This document shows, one piece after another, positions 17,522-26,453 of a stretch of 58,397 bases of DNA. A program made the translations under genes and the position numbers. This DNA comes from Actinomycetota bacterium. GTDB taxonomy: Bacteria > Actinomycetota > Actinomycetes > Streptosporangiales > Streptosporangiaceae. The notes under the pieces are model-generated. The model was given only the letters and a program-made list of their open reading frames with translations, was not told the origin of the DNA and searched no databases. Each line of letters begins with the position of its first letter. Within the stretch, counting starts at the first letter, position 1. The stretch lies in contig PLDT01000083.1 in the NCBI GenBank assembly GCA_003136255.1, positions 2,899 to 61,295 of the forward strand, given 5' to 3'.

Positions 17522-19300
17522 ATGATCGATTTCGCGGACGTGGACCAGCTGGCGGCGAGCTATCAGCAGCGCGGTGGGCAGCCCGGGCTGGCCTACGGGA
17601 TCGTGCTGGACGGCGAGCTGGTGCACGCGGCCGGGCTCGGCCAGCGGGTCCTCGGCGGGCCGCCGCCGGACGCCGGCACGGTCTTCCGGATCGCCTCGAT
17701 GACCAAGAGCTTCACCGCGTCCGCCATCCTTGCGCTGCGTGACGACGGCGCGCTGAAGCTCGACGACGCGGCCGAGGAGTACGTCCCGGAGCTGCGCGGC
17801 TGGCCGTCGGTGACGCCGGACTCGGCCCGCGTGTCGATCCGGCACCTGCTCACCATGACGGCCGGCTTCCCGACCGACGACCCGTGGGGCGACCGGCAGC
17901 AGGGCCTGCCGCTGGAGGACTTCGCCCGTTTCCTGGCTGGCGGCGTGCGCTTCAACTGGTCGCCGGGTACCCGGTTCGAGTACTCCAACCTCGGTTACGC
18001 CGTCCTGGGCCGGGTCATCACCACCGTCACGGGCGCGGCGTACCCGGACTACATCCGCCGTCGCCTGCTTCACCCGCTCGCCATGATGCGCACCGGGTAC
18101 GAGGCGGAGGAGTTCGAGACCCCCGGTCTGCTGGGCACCGGGCCCGGGGGCATCGCTCGGGGGTACCGGCGCACTCCCGACGGCTGGGCGGAGGTGGCGT
18201 TCGACGTGGCCGGCGCGTTCGCCCCGATGGGCGGGATCTTCAGCTGCGTGACGGATCTCGCCCGCTGGGTGACCGGCTTCGCCGCCGCGTTCCCGCCGGG
18301 TGAGCCCGAGGCCGGCGGTGCCCATCCGGTGCGACGCGCCACCCGGCGGGAGATGCAGCTGCCGCAGGTGCTGACCGGCTGGGACAAGCCGGCCGCCTTC
18401 CCCGGCGATGCAGCGCCCGCGCTGTCGGCCTACGGGTTCGGGCTGTTCGTGGAGCATCACCCGGCGTTCGGCCGGATCGTCAGCCACAGCGGCGGGTACC
18501 CGGGGTTCGGCAGCAACATGCGCTGGCATCCGGCCTCGGGCACCGGCGTCATCGCGCTCGGCAACAGCACCTACGCCGGCATGATGACGCTGACCACCCG
18601 GCTGCTGGACGTAGCGCTGCGGCACCGTGAGCCGCCCGGGTATGGCTACAGCGTCGCGCTCGCCCCCGCGGAGCATCACGGGCCCGGGCCCTGGCCGGAG
18701 ACGCTGGCCGCGCGGGAGGCGGTGAGCAGCCTGCTGCAGTCCTGGGACGATACGCAGGCGGCCCGGCTGTTCTCGCCCAACGTGGCGCAGGACGCGCCGT
18801 TTGACGAACGGCAACAGGTCATCGCGATCATCCGGGAGCGCATCGGGGGCTTCGGCGACGATGGCGGCCGCCCCCCCGAGTTCGACACGCCCGCCCACTG
18901 CCGGTGGTGGCTGGCGGGGGAGCGCGGCGTGGTCCAGGCCCAGATCCAGCTCAATCCGGAACTACCGCCCCGCGTGCAGTCCCTGACGCTGGCCGTGCCG
19001 CCCGCGGCGGGCTCTCCGCTGGGTGACACGCTGGCCGCGCTCGTGGCCTGGCTGAACGGCACCGACCGCGACTGGCCGGACGCCATCCCGGTCGCCGAGA
19101 CGGTAGACGCCGGCCTGCTGGCTCGCCGCCTGCGGATGGCCGCGGTCTGGTCCGGCCCAGGCCGCCTCGGTGCGTACCGGGCCGGCGACGGCGCCGCCTC
19201 GGTCGTGGTCGAACTAGTCGGTGAGCACGCCACGCTCTTCCTGGCGCTGGTCGTCGACCCGGCCTCCGGCGTGCTCCGCCAGGCCGACATCGTCCCCTAG
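17522..19300 (+). CDS. serine hydrolase (beta-lactamase/transpeptidase-like family) with C-terminal extension
   Basis: FRIASMTKSF (SxxK) and YSNLGY (YxN). ATG 17522; the upstream part of track ORF 17333-19300 overlaps panB and was discarded. Confidence 0.85.
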   Translation: MIDFADVDQLAASYQQRGGQPGLAYGIVLDGELVHAAGLGQRVLGGPPPDAGTVFRIASMTKSFTASAILALRDDGALKLDDAAEEYVPELRGWPSVTPDSARVSIRHLLTMTAGFPTDDPWGDRQQGLPLEDFARFLAGGVRFNWSPGTRFEYSNLGYAVLGRVITTVTGAAYPDYIRRRLLHPLAMMRTGYEAEEFETPGLLGTGPGGIARGYRRTPDGWAEVAFDVAGAFAPMGGIFSCVTDLARWVTGFAAAFPPGEPEAGGAHPVRRATRREMQLPQVLTGWDKPAAFPGDAAPALSAYGFGLFVEHHPAFGRIVSHSGGYPGFGSNMRWHPASGTGVIALGNSTYAGMMTLTTRLLDVALRHREPPGYGYSVALAPAEHHGPGPWPETLAAREAVSSLLQSWDDTQAARLFSPNVAQDAPFDERQQVIAIIRERIGGFGDDGGRPPEFDTPAHCRWWLAGERGVVQAQIQLNPELPPRVQSLTLAVPPAAGSPLGDTLAALVAWLNGTDRDWPDAIPVAETVDAGLLARRLRMAAVWSGPGRLGAYRAGDGAASVVVELVGEHATLFLALVVDPASGVLRQADIVP

Positions 19301-19339
19301 CCGTCCCGGCGGCCGAACCTGTATGTGGCGTAGATCACA

Positions 19340-19401
19340 GGGACCGTAGCGCGGAAATATATTCCGATACGAGACCGTTCCGTATCGATAGCGGCGGTCC
19401 C
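19340..19401 (+). promoter_or_regulatory. nested inverted-repeat element upstream of the MFS-TetR pair
   Basis: The outer GGGACCG (19340) / CGGTCCC (19395) pair encloses the near-palindrome GGAAATATATTCC (19353) and the CGATACG (19365) / CGTATCG (19381) pair. Confidence 0.3.
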
Positions 19402-19515
19402 TGAAGGCCGCGACCATGGCAACACACCGATGGTCCCCGGCCTTCCCGGTTCCGCGCTCCGACTTCCCGGGGCTAGCCCTCGGGAGCAACACACCAAGTG
19501 ATCCGGAAGGGACAC

Positions 19516-21123
19516 ATGGACACGCAGACGATTTACCGTCGCCGCTGGCTCATCCTCAGCGTGCTGATCGTCGGGCTGCTCGCCATTGTCATCGACAACA
19601 CGGTGCTCAACGTCGCGCTGAAGACTATCGCCGAGCCACACGGGGGCCTCGGCGCGAGTCAGAGCCAGCTCGAATGGGCGATCAACTCCTACACCCTGTT
19701 CTTCGCCGGCCTGCTGTTCACGTTCGGCGTGGTCGGCGACAAGATCGGCCGTAAGCGCATGCTCATGATCGGGCTCGCGCTGTTCGGCATCGCCTCGCTG
19801 CTGTCGGCCTACTCACGGACGCCCGAGCAGCTGATCTTCGCGCGGGCCGCAATGGGCCTGGGCGGGGCCGCGGTCATGCCGCAGACCCTGTCCATCATCT
19901 CGAACGTCTTCGAGCCCGCCGAACGGCCGCGGGCGATTGGCCTGTGGGCCATGGCGGTCGGCCTCGGTATCGCGACCGGCCCCGTCCTGGGCGGCCTGCT
20001 GCTCGACCACTTCTGGTGGGGCTCGGTCTTCCTGATCAACGTGCCGGTGACCGCCCTTGGCGCCATCGCCGTCGCGATCTTGGTCCCGGAGTCGCGCAAC
20101 CGCCAGGCCGGCGGGATCGACTACGTGGGCGTGCTGCTGTCCATCGCGGGCCTGGTGTCGCTGGTGTTCGGGATCGTCCAGGGCGGCGACGGTGACTCGT
20201 GGCTGAGCCTTGGGGTGCTCGGCCCGATCGTCGGTGGCCTGGTGATCCTCGCGGCCTTCGTCGCCTACGAGGCGCGGATCCAGCACCCGTCGCTGGACGT
20301 GCGGCTATTCCGCGACCGGCGGCTGTCCGCCTCGGTCGGCGCCCTCGGCCTGGTGTTCTTCGGTATGGGCGGCGTCTTCTTCTTCACCAGCTTCTACCTG
20401 CAGAACGTCCGGGGTTACACGCCGCTGGACGCGGGCCTGCTGACCGTGCCGTTCGCGGCCGGGCAACTGCTGATGTCGCCGCGCAGCGCCCGCCTGGTCC
20501 AGCGCTACGGGGCCAAGGCGGTCGGCACGACGGGCATGTTCGTGATGGCCGCCGCCATTGCGGGCTACGCCACCCTCGGCACCGCCTCGCCGATCTGGCT
20601 GCTCGGGGTGCTGTTCGGCATCCAGGGCGCGGCGATCGGACTCAGCATGCCGGCCGCCACCGCGGCCGTCATGGACGTGCTCCCGCGCGAGCGGGCCGGG
20701 TCAGGTTCGGCGCTCACCAACACCGCCCGGCAGGTGGCGGTCGCGCTCAGCGTCGCGATCCTCGGCTCGATCCTGGCCGACTTCTACCGGAACGCGCTGG
20801 CCCCGGCACTGGCCGGGCTGCCCGCCGCGGCGCGGGGAGCGGCGTCCTCGTCGATCACCGCCACCCAGGCCGTGGCCCAGCAGCTGGGCCCGGCCGGGCG
20901 CTCGCTGCTGGCTCCCGCGAACGCCGCGTTCGTCGACGCCATGCGCGTCACCACGCTGATTGCGGCCCTGGTCGCGCTGGCGGGCGGGTTCGTGGTGCTG
21001 CGCTGGATGCCCGGCAAGCCGCGTCCGGTGGCCGAGATCGCGGCGCCGAGCGAGGACGCATATGAGTCCGAGCTGGCCATAATGGAACAGAACATGCTCA
21101 ACACCGCTGACCGAGAGGGATGA
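19516..21123 (+). CDS. MFS transporter (DHA2/EmrB-like, 14-TM type)
   Basis: RRRWLILSVLIVGLLAIVIDNTVLNVALKTI and GDKIGRKRM motifs. ATG 19516 follows a GGAAGGGA RBS. Confidence 0.9.
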   Translation: MDTQTIYRRRWLILSVLIVGLLAIVIDNTVLNVALKTIAEPHGGLGASQSQLEWAINSYTLFFAGLLFTFGVVGDKIGRKRMLMIGLALFGIASLLSAYSRTPEQLIFARAAMGLGGAAVMPQTLSIISNVFEPAERPRAIGLWAMAVGLGIATGPVLGGLLLDHFWWGSVFLINVPVTALGAIAVAILVPESRNRQAGGIDYVGVLLSIAGLVSLVFGIVQGGDGDSWLSLGVLGPIVGGLVILAAFVAYEARIQHPSLDVRLFRDRRLSASVGALGLVFFGMGGVFFFTSFYLQNVRGYTPLDAGLLTVPFAAGQLLMSPRSARLVQRYGAKAVGTTGMFVMAAAIAGYATLGTASPIWLLGVLFGIQGAAIGLSMPAATAAVMDVLPRERAGSGSALTNTARQVAVALSVAILGSILADFYRNALAPALAGLPAAARGAASSSITATQAVAQQLGPAGRSLLAPANAAFVDAMRVTTLIAALVALAGGFVVLRWMPGKPRPVAEIAAPSEDAYESELAIMEQNMLNTADREG

Positions 21124-21129
21124 GCATCC

Positions 21130-21780
21130 ATGCAGCCCGTGATCCTGGATCAGGGGGCTGGCCCGGGCACGAAAAATACTGACACGGAAGCCGGGCCGGC
21201 CAACCGCCGGCCCGGCCGTCCGCGCAGCGAGCAGGCCGAGCAGGCGATCATCGAGGCCACGCTCGACCTGTTCGCCGAGCAGGGTTTCGAGGGCGTGTGC
21301 GTCGAGGCCGTCGCGGCCCGGGCCGGGGTCGGCAAGGCCACCATCTACCGCCGCTGGCCGAACAAAGAGGAGCTGCTGCTCGCCGCGTTCGGCTCGCTGA
21401 AGTCCCCGTTTCCCGAGCCCAAGGGCGTCTCGGTCCGCGACGACCTGCTCGCGATGGTCGAGGTGATGTGCGCGGACAAGGCCGACCCGAGGAAGGCGCG
21501 GCGATACGCGCTGCTGCTCGGCGAAGGGGAGAAGTACCCGCGGCTGATGGCCCGGTACAAGGAAACGGTGGTCGAGCCGCGGCGCGAGGCCATGCGGACG
21601 GTCATCCGTCATGGCGTCCAGACCGGCGAACTGCGCCCCGGCACCGACATCGAGATCGCCATGCTCACCTTGACCGGCGCGATCATGGCGCACGAAAAGA
21701 ACCCGGACGGCACGTTCGACGGCGACTTCGCGGCCCGCCTGGTGGACGGGCTGCTGCTGGGCTTGTCGGCCCGCGGCTGA
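21130..21780 (+). CDS. TetR/AcrR family transcriptional regulator
   Basis: N-terminal HTH EATLDLFAEQGFEGVCVEAVAARAGVGKATIYRRWPNKEELL. Confidence 0.9.
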   Translation: MQPVILDQGAGPGTKNTDTEAGPANRRPGRPRSEQAEQAIIEATLDLFAEQGFEGVCVEAVAARAGVGKATIYRRWPNKEELLLAAFGSLKSPFPEPKGVSVRDDLLAMVEVMCADKADPRKARRYALLLGEGEKYPRLMARYKETVVEPRREAMRTVIRHGVQTGELRPGTDIEIAMLTLTGAIMAHEKNPDGTFDGDFAARLVDGLLLGLSARG

Positions 21781-21802
21781 CCCCTGCACTAGGCTGCCGA
21801 CC

Positions 21803-22840
21803 GTGGATCTCGCCGCGGAATGGCTGGACCGGCTGCGGCCCGAGGCCTTCGGGTACGCCCGGCTGGCGCTGCAGAACATCACCCAGGAGTTCCCTACCCT
21901 GGTCTCGGCGCTAGTGACCGCGCCGGGCCAGTTCCCGTCCCGACCCCGGGACCGGACCCCGGTGTTCTACGGCAGCTTCGACTGGCACTCGTGCGTCGAG
22001 ATGCACTGGGTCCTGGTCAGGCTGCTTCGGGTGGCCGACGACGCGGGGCCGGGGGCCGAGATCAGGTCCGCGCTCGACACCCAGTTCACCCCGCAAGGCC
22101 TGGCCCAAGAGGCCGAGTACGCCCAGCTGAGCGGAACCGGGCTGCGGCAGTACGGCTGGGGCTGGGCGCTGACCCTGATGCATGAGCTGGCCACCTGGCC
22201 CGGCGACGCGGACGCCCGGCGGTGGGCCGCGGCCATGGAGCCGCTGGCCTCCGCGGTGACCGCCAACTTCCTCGGCTGGCTGCCCAAGGCCACCTACCCG
22301 ATCCGGGTCGGAGTGCACGCCAACAGCTCGTTCGCCCTGTCGCGGGCCCTGCCCTACGCGCGGATGCTGGCCGACGCGGGACGGCCGGAGCTGGCCCGGG
22401 CCATCGAGCAGGCCGCGCACCGGTGGTACGCCGCCGACGCCGGCTACCCGGGCGGCTGGGAGCCGTCCGGCCACGACTTCCTCTCGCCCGCGCTGACCGA
22501 GGCCGAGCTGATGACCCGGCTGCTGCCGGCCGGCGAGTTCAGCGGCTGGCTCGGGGCGTTCCTGCCGGGCCTCGCGGCGGGGGAGCCGACCGCCTTGTTC
22601 ACTCCCGCGGTCGTCTCGGACTCCAGCGACGGGCAGATCGCGCACCTGCACGGCCTCAACCTCAGCCGGGCCTGGTGCTGGCGGCGGCTGGCCGAGACCC
22701 TGCCCGCTGGCGATCCGCGCGTCCCGGTCTGCGTGGCCGCCGCGCGCACGCACGCCGAGGCGGCCCTGCCGCACGTGGTCGCCGACGACTACATGGTCAC
22801 CCACTGGCTCGCCGCCTACGCGGTCCTGCTGTTCAGCTGA
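21803..22840 (+). CDS. DUF2891 family protein
   Basis: 345 aa. FYGSFDWHSCVEMHW and HGLNLSRAW motifs, as I recall them for DUF2891. Confidence 0.65.
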   Translation: MDLAAEWLDRLRPEAFGYARLALQNITQEFPTLVSALVTAPGQFPSRPRDRTPVFYGSFDWHSCVEMHWVLVRLLRVADDAGPGAEIRSALDTQFTPQGLAQEAEYAQLSGTGLRQYGWGWALTLMHELATWPGDADARRWAAAMEPLASAVTANFLGWLPKATYPIRVGVHANSSFALSRALPYARMLADAGRPELARAIEQAAHRWYAADAGYPGGWEPSGHDFLSPALTEAELMTRLLPAGEFSGWLGAFLPGLAAGEPTALFTPAVVSDSSDGQIAHLHGLNLSRAWCWRRLAETLPAGDPRVPVCVAAARTHAEAALPHVVADDYMVTHWLAAYAVLLFS

Positions 22841-23642
22841 CCAGCGGGGCGACCTCGCGGGCCAGGAAGGCGACAAATCGCTCCAGGTCGGCATCGTCCT
22901 CGGCGGCATTGACCGCGATGTGGGTGGCGCCAGCCGCGGCGTACTCGCCGACCACGGCCGCGACGTCCGTCGCCGGACTGTCAGCCGAGACGCTGACGAA
23001 GACCACGACATCCTCGCGTCCGCCCGCGGGCCTGCCCGCCTGGGCTGCTCGGCCGTCGCGGAAGTGGCCGACCGCGGCGCGGACGTCCTGCGGCGAGTTG
23101 CCGCCCGGAATGATCACCCCGTCGGCGAGCTCACCGGCCAGCGACACGGTACGCGGCCGGATGCCGCCCACGAGCAGCGGCGGGACGACGGCGGGCGGCC
23201 AGTCCAGGCCGACTCCCTCCAGGTGCACATACCGCCCGTGCGTCGTCACCGTCTGCCCGTGCAGCAGCGCGTACAGCGCGGCGGTGTACTCGCGCAGCAG
23301 CGTCATGGGCGATTCGACCCTGGCGCCCACCTGACCCATCCAGTCCAACACACCGTGCCCGACGCCGACGGTCAGCCGTCCGGGGAACAGCCGGGCTATG
23401 GTGGCGATCTCCATGGCGGTCAGCGCGACGTTGCGCAGCGGCACCGGGAGCAGTCCGATCCCGACCGTGACGCGGCTGGTCGTGGCTAGGATCGCGGTAG
23501 CGGTGGCGATGCCGCTTTCCTTGAAGCAGTCCTCCCAGATCCACAGCTGTGCCAGCCCGGCCGTATCGGCGGCCGACGCAACCGCGCCGAGGCGCTCCGG
23601 AGGCTGGTCGGGGGTAAAGATGACGGCCAGCGTCGGCGTCAC
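22833..23642 (-). CDS. LLM-class F420-dependent oxidoreductase
   Basis: LAVIFTP...LAQLWIWEDCF...GIGLLPVPLRN. GTG 23642 gives a GTGA overlap with the nadE stop; the track start is TTG 23654. Confidence 0.8.
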   Translation of the reverse strand: MTPTLAVIFTPDQPPERLGAVASAADTAGLAQLWIWEDCFKESGIATATAILATTSRVTVGIGLLPVPLRNVALTAMEIATIARLFPGRLTVGVGHGVLDWMGQVGARVESPMTLLREYTAALYALLHGQTVTTHGRYVHLEGVGLDWPPAVVPPLLVGGIRPRTVSLAGELADGVIIPGGNSPQDVRAAVGHFRDGRAAQAGRPAGGREDVVVFVSVSADSPATDVAAVVGEYAAAGATHIAVNAAEDDADLERFVAFLAREVAPLVS

Positions 23643-25456
23643 GCGGGCCCGCAATGCTCGCGCCAGCGGTTGGTGATGGGCAGCCGCCGGTCGCGGCCGA
23701 AGTTCTTCTGGCTGATCTTCGGCCCGGGCGGGTACTGCCGTCGCTTGTACTCGGCCGTGTCGACCAGCCGGATGACCCGCTCGACCAGCGCCGGGTCATG
23801 GCCCGCCGCGACCAGCTCGGCGCTGCCCATGTCCTTCTCCACGTAGTCGTCGAGCAGCGCGTCGAGCACCTCGTACGGCGGCAGCGAGTCAGTGTCGAGC
23901 TGCCCCGGCGCGAGCTCGGCGCTGGGCGGCTTGGTGATGGAGTTCTCCGGGATCGGGGGAGTCATCCCCCGCCGCGCCGCCTCGGCGTTGCGCCATCGGG
24001 CCAGCTCCCAGACCGTGGTCTTGAACACGTCCTTGATCGGCGCGAACCCGCCGGCCGAGTCTCCGTACAGGGTCGAGTAGCCGGCCGCCAGCTCGCTCTT
24101 GTTGCCCGTGGTGAGGACCAGGTGCCCGCCCGCGTTGGACAGCCCCATGAGCACGACGCCGCGCACCCGGGCCTGCAGGTTCTCCGCGGGCAGCCCCGTC
24201 TCGGGAAACCCGGTCGCGGTGAGCTCCGCTGCGAAGGCGTCCACTATCGAGGCGATCGGGATCATCGCCGAGTGCACGCCCTGCCGCTTGATCAGGTCTT
24301 CGGCGTCGCTGACCGAGTGCCCGGAGGAGTAGCGGCTGGGCATCAGCACCACGTGCACGTTGTCCGCGCCGATCGCGTCCACGGCGATCGTCGCCGTCAG
24401 CGCCGAGTCGATGCCGCCGGACAGGGCCAGGATGGCCGACCGGAATCCGTTCTTGTTCACGTAGTCCCGGACCCCGGTGACCAGCGCCGCGTACACCTCG
24501 GCCGGATCAGACAGCCGGGGCCAGAGCGGCCCCTCGGTGTCCTCCGGCCGGTCAGCGGGCGCGGCGCCGGCGCCGGCTAGCGTCACCCGCTTGATCGTGA
24601 TCACCGTGCCGTCTTCGGCGTCCACGGGCTGGTCACCCGGCACCTCACCGGACGGCGCGGCCGGCAGGTCCAGGTCCGCGACGACGAGCGCCTCCTCGAA
24701 CTGCGGACCGCGGGCCACCAGCGTGCCGTCCGCGGCGACCAGGATCGAGTCGCCGTCGAAGACCAGCTCGTCCTGCCCGCCGATCATATTGGCGTAGGCG
24801 AGCGCGGCATGGGCCTCGCGGGCCCGCCGCACCACCAGATCCAGCCGCACGTCGTCCTTGCCCCGCTCGTAGGGCGAGGCGTTCGGCACCAGCAGCAGGC
24901 TCGCTCCGGCCCGTGCGCAGACCGCCACCGGACCGCCGTCCTGCCACAGGTCCTCACAGATCGCGATGGCCACGTCCACGCTCTCGCCGTCCGCCGCCGG
25001 CAGCCGGAACACCGGCAGCGTGTCGCCCGGTACGAAGTACCGGAACTCGTCGAACACCCCGTAGTTCGGCAGGTGGTGCTTGGCGGAGGTGATGACGACC
25101 CGTCCCCCGTAGATCAGCGCGGCCGCGTCCTGCGGCGCGCCGGCCGGCAGCCCGGTGCGCGCCGCCAGGTCGGTCCGCCGGTCCAGGTACCCCGTCACCA
25201 CGGCGATCCCGCCTAGCCCTTCGGCCTCGAGCCGGGCCGCCACCGCGTGCAGCGTCGCGATGGACGCCTCGACGAACGACGCCCGCAGCGCGAGGTCCTC
25301 CACCGGGTAACCGGTGAGCATCATCTCGGGAAACACCACCACCCGGGCCCCGCGCTCCGCGGCCCGCCGCGTCCAGGCCACGATCAGCTCAGCGTTCCCG
25401 TCCAGGTCCCCGACCGTGGCATCGACCTGGGCCAGCGCGATCCTCAGCTTCGTCAC
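23639..25456 (-). CDS. nadE: glutamine-dependent NAD+ synthetase
   Basis: N-terminal CN-hydrolase domain (AIAICEDLW) plus a synthetase domain (LSGGIDSAL). 605 aa. Confidence 0.95.
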   Translation of the reverse strand: MTKLRIALAQVDATVGDLDGNAELIVAWTRRAAERGARVVVFPEMMLTGYPVEDLALRASFVEASIATLHAVAARLEAEGLGGIAVVTGYLDRRTDLAARTGLPAGAPQDAAALIYGGRVVITSAKHHLPNYGVFDEFRYFVPGDTLPVFRLPAADGESVDVAIAICEDLWQDGGPVAVCARAGASLLLVPNASPYERGKDDVRLDLVVRRAREAHAALAYANMIGGQDELVFDGDSILVAADGTLVARGPQFEEALVVADLDLPAAPSGEVPGDQPVDAEDGTVITIKRVTLAGAGAAPADRPEDTEGPLWPRLSDPAEVYAALVTGVRDYVNKNGFRSAILALSGGIDSALTATIAVDAIGADNVHVVLMPSRYSSGHSVSDAEDLIKRQGVHSAMIPIASIVDAFAAELTATGFPETGLPAENLQARVRGVVLMGLSNAGGHLVLTTGNKSELAAGYSTLYGDSAGGFAPIKDVFKTTVWELARWRNAEAARRGMTPPIPENSITKPPSAELAPGQLDTDSLPPYEVLDALLDDYVEKDMGSAELVAAGHDPALVERVIRLVDTAEYKRRQYPPGPKISQKNFGRDRRLPITNRWREHCGPA

Positions 25457-25570
25457 GCTTCCAGCCTAGCGAGACCTGGTATCACCTCCGAGACACGTGC
25501 GTGCCGCCGTAGGGGCCATCTCTTGCGCGTACGATGTGTCCGCATGGACGGACCGCGCCGGACGGAGGCT

Positions 25571-26374
25571 ATGACGGAGCCCGAGCCGCGCGCTCGGGGC
25601 TTCGACGTGAGCGTGGCGCACCCGGCGCGCATTTACAACTACTGGCTCGGCGGCAAGGACAATTTCGCCGCCGACCGGCAGGCCGCCGAGGAAGTGCTCG
25701 CCGTCATGCCGGTCATGGCGCAGGTCGCCCGCAGCGTCCGCCTGTTCCTCGCCACCGTCGTCCACCACCTGGCCGCGGACCTGGGCATTCGCCAGTTCCT
25801 GGACATCGGCACCGGCTTGCCCACGGCGAACAACACCCACCAGGTGGCCCAGCGCGCGGTGCCACAGTCGCGGATCGTCTACGTCGACAACGATCCGATC
25901 GTCCTGTCGCACGCCCGGGCGCTGCTGAGCAGTGCTCCGGCCGGGCGGTGCGCCTACGTCGCCGCCGACGCGCGCGACGCGGACCAGGTCCTCGCCGAGG
26001 CGGCCACGACCCTGGACTTCGCCGAGCCCGTGGCCGTGATGATGCTCGGCCTCCTGCACTTCATCCCGGACTCCGACGACCCGTACTCGCTCACCGCCCG
26101 CTACTTGGCCGCCGTCCCCTCCGGCAGCTACCTGGCCATCTCCCATGCCTCCAGCGACATCGACCCGGACCAGCAGTCGGCCGCAACCCGCACCTACAAC
26201 ACCCGCTCCGCCACCGCGATCACCCTTCGATCCAGACCCGAAGTCGCCAGGTTCTTCCGCGGCCTGGACCTGATCGCCCCCGGCATCACCCCCCTGGGCC
26301 AGTGGTCCCCCGGCGCTCCGCAAACAGCTCCGGGTCACCTTCCCACCTACACCGCCCTAGCCCGCAAGCCCTGA
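25571..26374 (+). CDS. SAM-dependent methyltransferase (DUF574 type)
   Basis: ARIYNYWLGGKDNFAADR, FLDIGTGLP and VYVDNDPIV. ATG 25571; the upstream track extension is a shadow of nadE. Confidence 0.8.
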   Translation: MTEPEPRARGFDVSVAHPARIYNYWLGGKDNFAADRQAAEEVLAVMPVMAQVARSVRLFLATVVHHLAADLGIRQFLDIGTGLPTANNTHQVAQRAVPQSRIVYVDNDPIVLSHARALLSSAPAGRCAYVAADARDADQVLAEAATTLDFAEPVAVMMLGLLHFIPDSDDPYSLTARYLAAVPSGSYLAISHASSDIDPDQQSAATRTYNTRSATAITLRSRPEVARFFRGLDLIAPGITPLGQWSPGAPQTAPGHLPTYTALARKP

Positions 26375-26385
26375 CCGGGCCACCT

Positions 26386-26401
26386 GTAACCGTGCGGAAA
26401 C
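26386..26401 (+). promoter_or_regulatory. GlnR-box-like site upstream of glnA
   Basis: GTAAC-cgtgcg-GAAAC matches the actinomycete GlnR a-site/b-site consensus gTnAc-n6-GaAAc. It lies 53-68 nt upstream of the GTG start. Confidence 0.5.
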
Positions 26402-26453
26402 ACGGGCCAGGCACACTCGCACCAGGACGGTCGGGCACCAGAGAACGTTTAAG

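Noticed and set aside
17345-18898. 517-aa minus-strand ORF opposite the serine hydrolase gene; similar cases at 41234-42904 (+), 30086-31735 (-), 30286-31968 (+), 26286-27725 (-), 7514-8572 (-) and 11376-12698 (-)
   Set aside because: All overlap genes that have clear catalytic motifs in another frame, and all show low-complexity Arg/Pro/Gly-rich translations. Treated as GC-driven artefacts.
17522-19300. Beta-lactamase-family genes (this one and 37830-38765) as antibiotic-resistance determinants
   Set aside because: SxxK/SDN motifs alone define the broad serine-hydrolase superfamily. The extra domains and the membrane anchor point to esterase or cell-wall functions. There is no evidence for resistance.
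10342-23642. F420 theme (npdG plus two LLM-class oxidoreductases) as a dedicated pathway
   Set aside because: The genes are dispersed among unrelated genes, and such enzymes are very numerous in actinomycete genomes. There is no evidence for a coherent cluster.
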